Below are positions 1 to 12,300 of a stretch of 46,561 nt of DNA, in pieces. The stretch covers positions 1-46,561 of the forward strand of contig JAUCBJ010007548.1 in NCBI GenBank assembly GCA_032718475.1, given 5' to 3'. The DNA is from Nemertoderma westbladi (Eukaryota; Animalia; Xenacoelomorpha). The translations under genes and the position numbers were made by a program. The notes beneath the pieces were generated by a model. The model was not told where the DNA came from. It was given only the letters and a program-made list of their open reading frames with translations, and ran no database searches. Position 1 is the first letter of the stretch; each line of letters opens with the position of its first letter.

Positions 1-1340
1 TATTTAATATTGAGTTATCGGTATATAAATTTCTAGGATTATGATCTGGTCTATAGGGAATATCATTATCAACAGGTCTATAATTACCCTTAATAGGGTT
101 CACTATAGGAGTTTCTACTTTGCTAGCAGTATAGATGCGTGTAGGCTCCACACCTTGCGCATGAGATACTTCAGACCTAACAGGTTGACACATTGTTACA
201 GGGGGTGGTGGTATACCCCTTTGTGTATTTACTAATTTATCGCGTTCTAGCGCGATACTTTGCTGCACTTCTTGCAACTCTAGCCTACTTTCCCTTACTG
301 TGCCTTTGAATTGTTGAACAGTCTCCTGCATCTGTCCGAGCAGGAGATCCATCCCCCGTCGTCTCTCATCCACCCATTCGACCGCCGAAGCGGGATTCGC
401 CAACGTTGTAGCGGGCGGACGAGGGACAACGGGCGACAAATCATGAATATTTCGCTCGGAGTCCAGGGTATGAACTGTCTCACGGACTGTTCTGCTGGGC
501 ACAGGTAGCTTAGTGCTGTGCAAAGGGAATTGAGAAGTAGGTTCAGGGAGTACAGGTGTCTCTACGACCGAAAGGGTGGCTTCGGGAACAGGCCTAATTA
601 TTTCAGGCTCATCTACTATAGTAGGGAGTCTCTCTATTGTAATTATTTGGTCTGTGGGTTCTGTACTACCTAAGTTGGTGTTATTTAGTTGCCTTCTAAC
701 AGCTGGAGGCAAATCAGGCAATTTCTGACGGTGGAATGTTCTTTTGCGTCTGCTTAGATGAGATCTATTTCCTTTGCCTTCAGTGTCGGTGGTATCGCCT
801 TCCTCAGATGATGTATATCCCTGTCTTTTGGGAGTAGATCGATTCATCATCTGCATATTACTACCTGTTAACTGTTTATTTATGCAGTCTTGATTCTCCT
901 GAATATTTTCCAATTCCAATTGGGCAATCTCTTCAGCCGCTATCCGCTCCGCTTCTGCCGCTGCCTTTGTCGCTTTTCTTTCCATTTCAGTTGCCTTTCT
1001 TTTCGCTTCTGTCTCTGCCGCTGCCGCTTTTCTTTCCGCTTCGGCTGCCTTACTTTCCTCTTCGGCTGCCTTCCTTTCGGCTTCTGCAGCTGCTACTGCT
1101 GCTTTCTTTCTGTCTTCTATGCGTTTTTTCTTAACCCTTTCTTCTTGGTCTCTAGCGATGCGGAGTTGTTCATCGAATTTAGCTTGGTTCGCCGCTAACC
1201 TATCCACATCAATTGCGTCCAACACAAGCTGGGCTCCTTCACTATTAGGGTTAAGCCCTTCTAGTCTTCTCCTCAACTCTTCATCTCCTACAAAACGTTG
1301 ATAGTCTGACAGATAGATGTCAATGGCATCCCTCTTATGC
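1..1340 (-). pseudogene. Degenerate gag N-terminal region of BEL copy A
   Basis: Homologous to 18157-19540 (DAIDIYLSDYQRF..DEELRRRL, LPDLPPAVRRQLNNT). Has indels relative to B near 325 and 880, but is open at the two codons that are stops in B. Confidence 0.75.
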
Positions 1341-2112
1341 GGTTTCTCTGCCGTCGCTTCACTTTCCACTTGGGAAAAAGTAGCGTCTGTTGATTCTCCA
1401 TGGGTTGATAAAGCAGTTGTCCCTGCTCTTGAGGTCCTTGAGGTTGTTGTAACAGTTGTTTTTCTACTCGCTCCATAGAGCTGAAGAATCCCTGTGCGTA
1501 TCCGGCTGCGGACCTCTTCCACACAGCTGGATCGATGGTTTCCTTGGCTACTCCCATCCGGTGTATGTCTTCCCAGGCAGCTTCTGATAAATCAAACGGG
1601 AGTCCGGGTCCGGGGAAGTTCCATTGCGACTCGACCATAGATTTCAGTTCTTCCTTTGTGTATCCCGCATAACTATCTTTAGTTGAGCGCTTACTTCTCG
1701 CCCAATCGATCTGGTGTTCTTCCACCGCGATCAATAGCCTAGTGAGTACGGCTTCAGGAAGGATGAGAAGGGGATCCGAATAAACCGCATCCGTCATCCT
1801 TGCTCCGCGCTCGGGTGTCAGTTCTACAGTATCTTCACTACTGGAGCTGTCGGGCCGCTGAGAAATAAGTTCTTGGTTCGCGGGTTGTTGCTGTTCCGCT
1901 GCTTCTTGGTCCCGCTTGACCTGAGCTCGAGTGCCTATGATAGACCTACGATGTTGGACCAGCCTAGGTTCTGTTATTACTACTGGAGGGATGACCTTCC
2001 TCACAGTGGGAGGTGAACTGAACTTAGGTGTAGACGGTTCTACACCTTTATCTGAGTCGCAGATAGTTACATCTAATAAACTGTCTGACAGGTTCTGCTT
2101 AGTATCAGACAT
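1288..2112 (-). CDS. Upstream ORF (ORF0 or gag N-terminal extension) of BEL copy A, 274 aa, function unknown
   Basis: ATG-initiated ORF. About the first 235 aa are nearly identical to 19536..20396; the C-termini differ. Confidence 0.6.
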   Translation of the reverse strand: MSDTKQNLSDSLLDVTICDSDKGVEPSTPKFSSPPTVRKVIPPVVITEPRLVQHRRSIIGTRAQVKRDQEAAEQQQPANQELISQRPDSSSSEDTVELTPERGARMTDAVYSDPLLILPEAVLTRLLIAVEEHQIDWARSKRSTKDSYAGYTKEELKSMVESQWNFPGPGLPFDLSEAAWEDIHRMGVAKETIDPAVWKRSAAGYAQGFFSSMERVEKQLLQQPQGPQEQGQLLYQPMENQQTLLFPKWKVKRRQRNRIRGMPLTSICQTINVL

Positions 2113-3388
2113 GTTTGTTTACACAGTTGAATGTCTACCGCTATATTACAGTCTAAGCAAGTCTAGTAATTCAGTGTTAACTGCTAGCCTAGTAATTAAT
2201 TACCAATACTGCTACTCAGTGTAGCGTGATATATATAATATATTAGAATACCGGTATGCTTATAGTATATATAACTATATAAGTATTATTACAGACTAGG
2301 TTTATCACAGAATACCGGTATAATTTTAGCACAAAGCTATATAAATATATAATAGGCCTATCGGGAATACCGGTATACAGCTTACAGTTTGTAGTATATA
2401 TAATTCTGGACTAGAATTAATTACAAGTACCGGTATAATTTCAGCCTAAATTTATAGAAATAAAGATAATAGGCCTATCGTAAATACCGGTATATCAATT
2501 ATTTTAAATAATTGAATTTCTGAATTTTAGGGTTACTTGGTTACTTTACTTACTTTATTACCGTTATTTGAGCAGTAGTCCAACTGATATTGAGACCGAA
2601 TTGTTATATGGCAGGCCTACTATTTATAAATCGTTTGAGTTGATTTATAATATATATATACCCGTTTTAATGGGCTTTGTCAATGTTTGAAATAAATGTT
2701 ATTATTTCTGGGGAGTAATCACTACACAAAGCGGTGCGCTTTCAATGAAGTGTTACTTATAGGACACTAAAACAAATAATGCTAATTTACCTAAGTTACT
2801 TAATACTACAAATTACGTACAATTCGGGTGAGATTACAATCTCTAAATAAACACAAAAATTTACAAAAAACACAAAATACGAATTTTCAGGGTAATTTTA
2901 CAAGAAGTCTACAAACCAGCCTAACAAAGGGTTAGAATTCTGGTTATTACAACGGACAGGGTACTGCGGTATTTGAAAATAATACGTAGTAGTAAATACA
3001 CTGCGTTGTCCAGATAGGAAAATACCACCGCCTGACGACCTATAGCCGTATCGCTATAGGTACTACGTTATGTATCACGGAGTGTTCCTACCTAGAAGTT
3101 AATAGAGCTAATCGAACGTGCCTATCAACCACTTTACAACACAAATATAATGCCTACACTAATTACTTTCGGAAAGCACTGTACACTAAACCCTAAATTA
3201 GGTACGAGTACTTGTACAACAAATAATCAGTAGTTAAAAATACTTGAACAGCCTAAAGAACCACGGCATCTGCTGGAGTGACCGGTGCACAAAATCACCA
3301 GTCTTTACCTACACCAAGCAGCCCGTGTAGTACCGGGGTTAATTTAACTATTGCGGTATGTATAACAAACACAATTATTGTAGGAACA

Positions 3389-3830
3389 ACCCAGTAGTAC
3401 GACTTATTCTTTAAATGGGGGTTTACCTTACAGCTTTGGCTGCCCCTACTTCCTAACCGTTCTTTATCGGACAGAGGCTCTACACACACTGCAATCCGTT
3501 CAGACCTAATAACAGCCAGACAACTATCTAGCCTACAAATTATCTAAATAAATATTATACGCTACCTGTACAGACTACACAAACAAAGTACAGACTAAAC
3601 GATGGCAGACTACTCTCAAGCCTAAATAAACTACAGGACATGCAGACTCCGAAATGGTTAGGTAGTATGCGTTCTAACCCAGTAGTACGACTTATTCTTT
3701 AGATGGGGGTTTACCTTACAGCTTTGGCTGCCCCTACTTCCTAACCGTTCTTTATCGGACAGGTGATCTACACACACTGCAATCCGTTCAGACTTAACAA
3801 CAATCAGACAACAGCCCAGCCTACAAATTG
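3389..3830. repeat. Leader duplication (~289-bp period) in BEL copy A
   Basis: ACCCAGTAGTACGACTTATTCTTTA...CAGACAAC occurs at ~3389 and ~3677. Confidence 0.8.
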
Positions 3831-4186
3831 TCTGTACAATATGATCAGGCTTACACGCCTTCTGTTCAATACTGGCCTACAAATAAATAAAACTGACAGA
3901 AATAAGTAAGCTCCAAAAGAAACAAGGGGTGTACAGTCCCTAATCTCTTAAACAGCCTACTGGTATGCAATAATCAAATCGAATAATACTAATGTACTTA
4001 TACTAGAAGTACCGGTTAGGACAGTTGGGCCTACAAACCTACAGAAGTACCGATTCTGGCAGTTGGACCTACGGGCCTACAGCAGTACCGGTTCTGGCAG
4101 TTGGGCCTACTGACCTACAGGTGTACCGTTCAGGTTTACCGGTTGACCAGTACTTTCAACTTTATTGCTTACTGCAATAAAGAAGC

Positions 4187-4198
4187 TATATCCGTTAT
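4187..4198 (-). promoter_or_regulatory. Non-tRNA primer-binding site of copy A (sense ATAACGGATATA)
   Basis: Abuts the LTR 3' end (..GCGAACA), lacks TGG, and is the perfect reverse complement of LTR 4963-4974. Confidence 0.7.
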
Positions 4199-5192
4199 TG
4201 TTCGCGCTTTCAGACCTTTGGCAGTTTAACCCGCCAAATTAGGATGTCTTCTAGATAATAAATCACTTTTAGCCTCTGACAAGTATTTGATTCACTACAC
4301 TAGTCGAAACCAATCTGTGCGCGATCATTCACCCGCTGGATATACCCGGGAGATTGGGTTCGACGGCTTAATCTTATTGCTATGTAAGCCTAATGTATTA
4401 TTCGACTGACAGTATTATATAATCTCTGACAATATTATTCACCTTCGGGGAATATTAACAGTTCCTTTAGGACGTGGCGCTCTATCTATAAAAACAGAGT
4501 TATGACTTAAACTACTCACAACGATATGGCTTAGTTACAATTCACATATATGGCGCATTCTTTAGGAAATGCTTCGTTATCAGTCTCACTCATACACAAT
4601 GCTGCACAATACTGCACACTGATCTGCCGATCTTCACTGATTTTAGTCACATATAAAAGGAACACGGACCGAATCATGTAGGGTCTATCAAATAACATTA
4701 GATTCACTTCAAACCACTTTAACATAAGTCACAATCGTTATATGTAACCTGTCTCTCTTACCTTCTGTATATCAAGAATATTGGGTTTTCGGGGTTATTT
4801 ATCGTTATTCCAAATATAATAATTCATCAACCATATTATGAAGAACCGACAGTAAATAGCAGTATAACAATATAAAAGTATGCACAGGTATATTAGATTA
4901 GGTATGTTGCGTTGATTGAGTATGGGCCAGTTAACCAGTGGCCAGTGAGATATCAAGGTTTGATAACGGATATATGTCCTTATAATTAAGCCTACTAGTG
5001 TTAGGCTAAAACAGAAAAGCACAAAATATTCCAAAGCCGCTCTCTCCTGGCTCAGGACAGAATGTAAACACTGCCCACAATGCATTGCGTGATTTCTAGG
5101 AAATTTCTGTACAAGAGCCATAAAAATGCTCTGATTGGCTGACTGAACTGAGAGACGCCGTAGAACAAAGAAAATCGACACGTATGAATATC
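4199..5192 (-). repeat. 5' LTR of copy A, 3' portion (interrupted by copy B)
   Basis: Starts TGTTCGCG on the + strand like the B LTRs. Near-identical to them up to ~4880, diverged afterwards. Confidence 0.88.
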
Positions 5193-6377
5193 TGTTCGCG
5201 CTTTCAGACCTTTGGCAGTTTAACCCGCCAAATTAGGATGTCTTCTAGATAATAAATCACCTTTAGTCTATGACAAGTATTTAATTCACTACACTAGTCG
5301 AAACCAATCTGTGCGCGATCATTCACCCGCTGGATATACCCGGGAGATTGGGTTCGACGGCTTAATCTTATTGCTATGTAAGCCTAATGTATTATTCGAC
5401 TGACAGTATTATATAATCTCTGACAATATTATTCACCTTCGGGAATTATTAACAGTTCCTTTAGGACGTGGCGCTTTATCTATACAAACAGAGTTATGAC
5501 TTAAACTACTCACAATGATATGGCTTAGTTATAATTCACATATATGGCGCATTCTTTAGGAAATGCTTCGTTATCAGTCTCACTCATACACAATGCTGCA
5601 CAATACTGCACACTGATCTGCCGATCTTCACTGATTTTAGTCACATATAAAAGGAACACGGACCGAATCATGTAGGGTCTATCAAATAACATTAGATTCA
5701 CTTCAAACCACTTTAACATAAGTCACAATCGTTATATGTAACCTTTCTCTCTTACCTTCGGTATATCAAGAATATTGGGTTTCGGGTTATTTCTCGTTAT
5801 TCCAAATATAATAACTCATCAACCATATTATGAAGAACTGACAGTAAATAGCAGTATAACAATATAAAGTATGCACAGGTTGTTTGATTAGGTATGGTAT
5901 GTTATGAGTTGAGTTGAGGTATGATAACGGATATATGTCCTTATAATTAAGCCTACTAGTGTAAGACTAAAAACTGAAAACACGGAGGTGCCAAAAGCCG
6001 GTTCTTAGGCTCTGGGCAAAAACATAATACTGAACTACTGAGTTTCTGTATACACCTCCAACACAGAGACAACAAACGCTCTGATTGGTCAACCTGAACA
6101 ACGAGAGAACAAAGAAACAAAGAAACGTCGACGTGGCAATATCAGCTGCTAGCCGTCGTCATGGTAGCGACACTGTTTTCAAAAGTATCCAGCTATTGCG
6201 TCACGAGATTGTGGATTATGTCCTCTAAAGTACAAATACAGTACAAATACATAAGAAATGACTTTTATGTCCTCTAAAACACCAGTACAGCAAGGACACG
6301 GCCTTTTTATGCCTGGCAAACCAACTACAGAGTACTTTAAGGGAAAATAACCGGCTAATTACGCAAAAGCTTTTACA
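5193..6377 (-). repeat. 3' LTR of copy B
   Basis: Direct repeat of 22789-23973 with about 5 substitutions by eye. Sense ends are TGTAAAAG...GCGAACA. Confidence 0.95.
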
Positions 6378-6385
6378 CCGCTCCC
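6378..6385 (-). promoter_or_regulatory. Short polypurine tract (GGGAGCGG) before the 3' LTR
   Basis: Purine-rich run directly upstream of TGTAAAAG on the minus strand. Confidence 0.7.
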
Positions 6386-6403
6386 AGAAAATGGGATTTA
6401 AGT

Positions 6404-8095
6404 CTATAAAATATAACAAATCACAGTTTCTAAAATATAAAGATACTCTAAACAGTTAGCCTTTCTTACGCAGACGGCGTTTACGCAGTTTTTTGAGGCT
6501 AGCAAGAGTATTTTTCTCTTTGGGGGGAGCCACTTTACTAGGAGGGCCATAACTCCTGGGTGAAGGGTGCAATATGATTGCATCAGAAGGTGTAGGATTG
6601 TGGTCGAGGTATCTGCCGTTTCGATATGCTTCTCCTCGAGCTGATTTTCCTCCGCTCGTAGCTGGATACGTTCATCCAAAAACTCTCGCAGAGAATAGGA
6701 TCGTCCAAGTTCGATAACTTCTTAGAGATTCTGGATTTCCCAATCGAATTGAGATAAGGCCAATTCGTTTATCGATTGGACTTACTGTTATAACTTACGT
6801 TTATCTGAACAAACGCAGGTTTCTTTTTTGATCTTTATAGAATAGCATTTAACTCGTTTCGTACAACGCTCTCCTTCACCTTGATGAGGGGTTGTATCGC
6901 GTTAAACGGGGACGACCATACGGTTGGATAGTGATATTAGGTGTCCGCGTCACAATCCGGCTAGATAAGATGGGCGGCTAGCTAGAAATCACTGTCGGAG
7001 TGTTACCGATTAATTGTTAGGGTAGCACTAGATCTTTGAACAGTGAATACAGTCCGCGAGGATCCGCGACACCACCAGGATCGCAGGTCTGAGGTCCAAC
7101 TAAGGAATGAGGAGGTTTGACCGAGTATTCCGGGACTCTGATCGTAGGTTTACTCCAGGATCGTTCGAGCCGAGTGAGCATAGGTGATACGTCAACAAGT
7201 TTCGGTTTACGTGGATGTTTATGTCTTTCCGTTTATTAGTTGGGTCTAGGGCATTTATCGTAATAATACCAAAGACGCACGTCTGGTAGGGGGAAACGCG
7301 GGTGATATTTATTTGTTGTTACAATGCTTCTATCAAGAATTCCAAATATACGTTGGAGTTACCGCGTCCATTTGTTTCTTTAGTGTCTTTTCTTTCGAGT
7401 CGATTTCGAATAGAATTTTCGCATTCGAATTTCAGTTTATGGTTCCGACTCCGCTGGGCAGGATATATAGTCGACATAGTCCGTATTGTGTAAATCGATA
7501 GGATGACCAGTAGTTAAGAAGCCCGTATACGTACCATTACGCTGTGTATATCGAGCAGTGAATTTTCTATAGTCCAACTCTCGCGAGAGCTGCACTTGGG
7601 ACATTGTCGGTTCGATATAACGACCATCGTCCTCCGCAGCAGTTGGACTAACGTCGCCGCGTATTAAGCTATCAACAAACGCTTGTAAAAGTAGAGTATA
7701 TCGCTCCCTGATACCAAGACCATCTTCTATCAACTCCGTCATATCTGCTATATATGAGTTTATCCATATTATAAGGAGTTTATATTTAGGCGAGCGGACG
7801 TCGCTGCCTACCCCAATCAACCCCCGGACAGTGCGAGATCCTCAGCGCCGATGTGTTGTCGCCGCTGTACTTTCGCCAACGACGTAGCCGTACAACGACA
7901 ACGACAACCGGCACAAGTCACTCAACTGTCCATCCCAAAGGCTTAGATGTACTTCAGGTTTTCCTTGGAGAGTTAGGTTACTTTCACGATTGCGACTAGC
8001 TACTGTAAACACACTTTAGCAGTAACATTCACCTATAAACTCACAAATACCACACAACTGGTCACAACTACACACATTCGGGCCATTTGTCCGTT
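6404..8095 (-). pseudogene. Possible degraded accessory ORF in the env position of copy B
   Basis: ORFs 7437..7820 and 6404..6679 extend upstream through isolated stops with protein-like text (VCSCDQLCGICEFIGECYC; ESNLTLQGKPEVHLSLWDGQ; INELALSQFDWEIQNL*EVIELGRSY). No family recognised. Confidence 0.4.
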
Positions 8096-8564
8096 AGTCA
8101 ATGCCTTCCAGAATGTCACTGTATTATTATGTATCCTTGGATACTATTAGTGCACTATTTATTCCTTATGCTATTCAATGGGACAAGCTTTCTATTGTTC
8201 TTTTAACTCAATTCTAATTCTAGCGTGGTTGTTGCTATGGTGACATTATGCAAAGCTAGCGGTAGAATTAGGGTAATTCCAATGCATACAGATCTGGGAT
8301 GTTATTTAATAGTATTCTTTAATAGTCAATATTCTGTTTTATACATGACTTTATGAATTTTATCGGCTATTGACTATGTTTGGGAGACTTTCACACACTC
8401 ATACGCATGATAAGATAAATCTCCGCTCCCTTGATCTATTAATTAATGGAATTTTGGGAACTTTATAAATTGCGTAAAAATGGCAATTTATTAATTCATT
8501 AAAAGGCATGAATTTAAATTTATTCCCTGAAATTTTATTATTTGATAATTAAATGGACATATTT

Positions 8565-8880
8565 TGATTCTAGAACATGTCTGGGGACACAAGATCCTTA
8601 ATTCTATGAAAATTGTCTTTTTAAGAATATCGGTAAATGCTACGATATCTTAATTGACCAGAATTGTTGAAGGATCTGAATTTTACAGATTTTGACTTAT
8701 TAGATTTTGCAAATATTAAATAATTAATATTGGAGATGGGCACCGATTTATTCCAGAACTTGTCTGGGGACGTTAACCACTGATTCTAGAATTTGTCTTT
8801 CAAGTATATCGGTGGGTGCCGCGATATCTTAATCGACTAGAATTACAGATGGTCAAAGGGTTTAACAGATTTATTTTGCG
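8565..8880. repeat. Diverged ~183-bp duplication in the BEL 3' internal region
   Basis: CAGAAC(A/T)TGTCTGGGGAC...TATCGGT...CGATATCTTAAT occurs at ~8570 and ~8753. Confidence 0.6.
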
Positions 8881-9390
8881 TTATACGCTACTGTTAAAGG
8901 GACATCACGCTACTATATGTATTATTTAATATACGGTATGAGAGCAATATCGCACGAAGCAATGTCAGTGTGAAGAGGCAAGTCGTTTCCAAGGTCTACC
9001 CAGAGCTTGGTTTAGCCGAGACACGAGGATCTGAACTTTGCATTCCTAATACTCTGCCTACCAATAATACTTAAATATAGTAGTGGCTTTATTGTACTTT
9101 AATAAGTACGGACATTTCATCTTACTGTAGTTACGTATTTATAATATAATACGGACAGTAAGGAAAGATAAAAAATAATTATTTCTTCGCCGTCTCACTA
9201 AATATAATATAAGTAATTACGTACGTAATAAACACGAATATATTGCACTATTCTACAAAATAATCGTTAAATAATATTCTACTAAATTAAATAAAACGAT
9301 TATAATAAAATTACATAGTAATACATACATAAATATAAAAATAATAAAATAATATAAAATAATAGAGTCACACGCCCACTCCGAACGATA

Positions 9391-12300
9391 TTAAGTTGGG
9401 GAGTCCCTAGATGTCAGTTGGATTAGGGATGTGGTCGTGGGAAGAGTTTCTTGCCTTCCATAGTTTCCGGAGAGCTCTCTGTCTCTTTCCAGTAAACATA
9501 AACGACCCACTGGGCGATTGAGCTGTTGAGTCTCAAAGACTATCCCTGGTTTCTTAAAGTTACGCCGCATTACGACGAGCTCTACTGATCGCACCAAACC
9601 ATCGCTCGAGATATGAGTCTCGATGATACGTCCTGTTTGCCATTGCTTACGTGGGAGATCGGGGTCCACAATAAGCACCATGTCTCCAGTGCTGACGTTT
9701 TCTTGCTGCGCAAACCACTTAGTTCGAAGTTGTAGAGTGGGCAGGTAATGTTTCTCGAAATGGTCAGCGAAACGACGGGATAGCAACTGCATAAGTTGCC
9801 AGGTTCGACGGCAGTACTCGTCTCCGTCTGAGATCTCCGATCATGGGAGCATGGCTACGGGTTTCTTCAGTAGAAAGTGCGCGGGTGTTAGCGCTTCCAG
9901 GGAATCAGGATTTGAAAAGACTGGCATAAGCGGTCTTTCGTTGAGATAGGCGGCGATTTCCTCCATTAACGTCCGCAATAGTTCGTCGGTGAGATAAGCG
10001 CGACAAGGTACAATAAAGTGGAACGCAGTCTTCACGCTCCTAATCAATCTCTCCCAACTTCCTCCCCACCAAGGGGCGTCGGCGGCGTTGAAGGTCCAGC
10101 TAGACGCTGTTATCCTTAGCTGATCGTCCACCTGTCTTTTGTTCCAGTCCTTTACGTAAGCTTGAATTTCGTTGTTGGCGCCAATGAAGTTTGTTCCATC
10201 ATCCGATCTCATCGTGTTACTGGTTCCGAAGCGAGCGATCTGTCATCGTAAACTCAACACGAAGCTGTTGGTGGATAGATCGTTTACCATATCGAGATGG
10301 ATAGCTCTACAAGTCATACAAACGAAGATGACACACCATCTCTTGACTATAGTCCGGGCACGATATACTTCAATAGGGCCAAATAAATCCACACCGGTAT
10401 TAGTAAAGGGTGGTTCATAGAAGCTTACTCTTTCCCTAGGTAATTCTGCCTCTCGCTGTGTTAAAGGCCTACTGAATGCTTTCCTACAGGGTATGCAGTT
10501 CCTAAGAACTTGGTTCAGAGCCCTACGGGGTTTATAAAAATAGTAGCGAGTTCGAATTTCGCTCAGAACTCGTTCTCTACCAGCATGGTACAGTTTGCTA
10601 TGAACATCTACAATTATCTTGATTTGTATGTCAAGATTTCTAATGAGGATGGGAAACTTAGTGTCAAAGGATAATGGGGCGTTGGTCAGCCTGCCTCCAA
10701 CACGTATTAACCCATCTATCATGGTACTAGAGAAGCGATCCCTTAAGCGCATCTGTGGATTTCTTAACAACAGGAAATACTTATCGGGATCCTCATAGCA
10801 TTGTAGAAGTCTCAGCATCTGTTTGTTGGTTTCATCATGCTCCTGGTAACTGATCTTCTCCTTTAGAAACCTGTCGGATATCTTGTATTGGGGAAGGTCT
10901 TTAACAACATGGACTCGTGCAGATGTTGATGGAGCATCATCACTATGGGTCTTTGTCCCGGAGTAACGATGATGAAAACATCGTTTTAAATAGGTGACAG
11001 CTTTACAGAGCCGATTCCAGGAACTGTAGTGACGTATCGCTCTCTGCAAGAGAGGTGAGAGTCCTTGTGAGATATCTGGTATTCCAGATTTCCAATCCTT
11101 GTCACGGATTTCCAAGACTTCTTTAGTCGTGGCGGTGGGTTTCTGATCCAAAGCATCCTCTCCGGAAGTAAATAATACAGATAGATCAACCGCAGGTTTA
11201 AACAACTTCGATGTACTCGCTCGAGTTTTGGGTTTAACTTTCTCCGCTCCCTTGGCCTGTCTGATCTCTGCTGTTGTGAGATGGGGAGGCCATTCTTCTT
11301 CTTCTCTGTAGAGAAAGTCGGGTCCTCCTAACCATTCGGGAGTATTTACCAATTCCTTTGGAGTCGCTCCTCGGGACGCGATGTCTGCTGGATTTATCGT
11401 TCCGGGGCAATGTCTCCATTGGTCCATCGTCGTGCGACTAAGTATGATGGCTACCCTGTTGGTAACGAAGACGCTGAACTGACAGACTTCATTGGTTATA
11501 TACTCTAACACGAGTAAAGCGTCGGTCCAATAGACAGTTTTCTCTAATGGATAGTCAATCTGTTCTGTTACATTCCGGCCGATGGCTGTAGCGTATAGAG
11601 CCGCTTTTAACTCCGCGCGAGGAACTTTCAACTTGTTGTTGATTAATGCCTTAGAAGTAACTAAGGCGACTTTGATTCCATCCGGAGTTTCCACTCTTAG
11701 ATAGGCTACTATACCTATTCCCATATCGCTGGCGTCTCCAAACACATGGAGTTGATAGGAATACGTAGGGAGAACATGACCAAAATATGAACGGGAAATT
11801 ATAAAATCCTCGATAGCTGGCAGAGAATCTTCCCATTTCATCCACTTCTTCAATAATTCTCCCTTAAGTGGATCGTCCCATGAGTGGTTTTCAAGCCACA
11901 TTTGTTGTACCAAACTACGAGCAATCAATATAACTGGGCTAATAAATCCCAATGGATCGAAATAAGTGCTCAGTATACTTAAGCAAATCCGTTTGGTTCG
12001 AACTGGATTATCTCGCTGTTTTAGCTGGAAAAACAGGATATCTCGCTCTGTGTCCCATTTCAAGCCGAGTGTCTTGGTTTCTGGCAGATCATCTTTGATC
12101 AAATCGAGATCTTTCGCTCCTCGATCCTCCGCAGGGATCGACTCCAGAAACTCACGGGAGTTGCTGGTGAATTTGGTTAATCAAAATCCACCTCTTTTTA
12201 AGCACTCTACCGTTCCTTTAGCGACTTCAATGGCTTCCTCAACTGATGGAAGGGACTTCAGATTGTCGTCCATGTATATGTCTCTCTTGATGTTGTCGAT

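Larger units (their letters stand above)
1..5192 (-). mobile_element. BEL/Pao LTR retrotransposon copy A, 5' part (split 5' LTR, long leader, upstream ORF, gag N-terminus); continues off the left edge
   Basis: Colinear and highly similar to copy B from 18157 onward. The rest of its 5' LTR lies at 23979-24223, beyond copy B. Confidence 0.9.

Noticed and set aside
3032-3066. Hammerhead suggested by CTGACGA followed by a hairpin
   Set aside because: No GAAA follows the stem, and the motif is antisense to the element.
4531-5719. Repeated 64-aa ORF (also at 23121..23315)
   Set aside because: It recurs only because it lies in the LTR; no protein features.
4199-6377. Tandem elements sharing one LTR
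   Set aside because: The ATATC TSD and the displaced U3 at 23979-24223 show a nested insertion.
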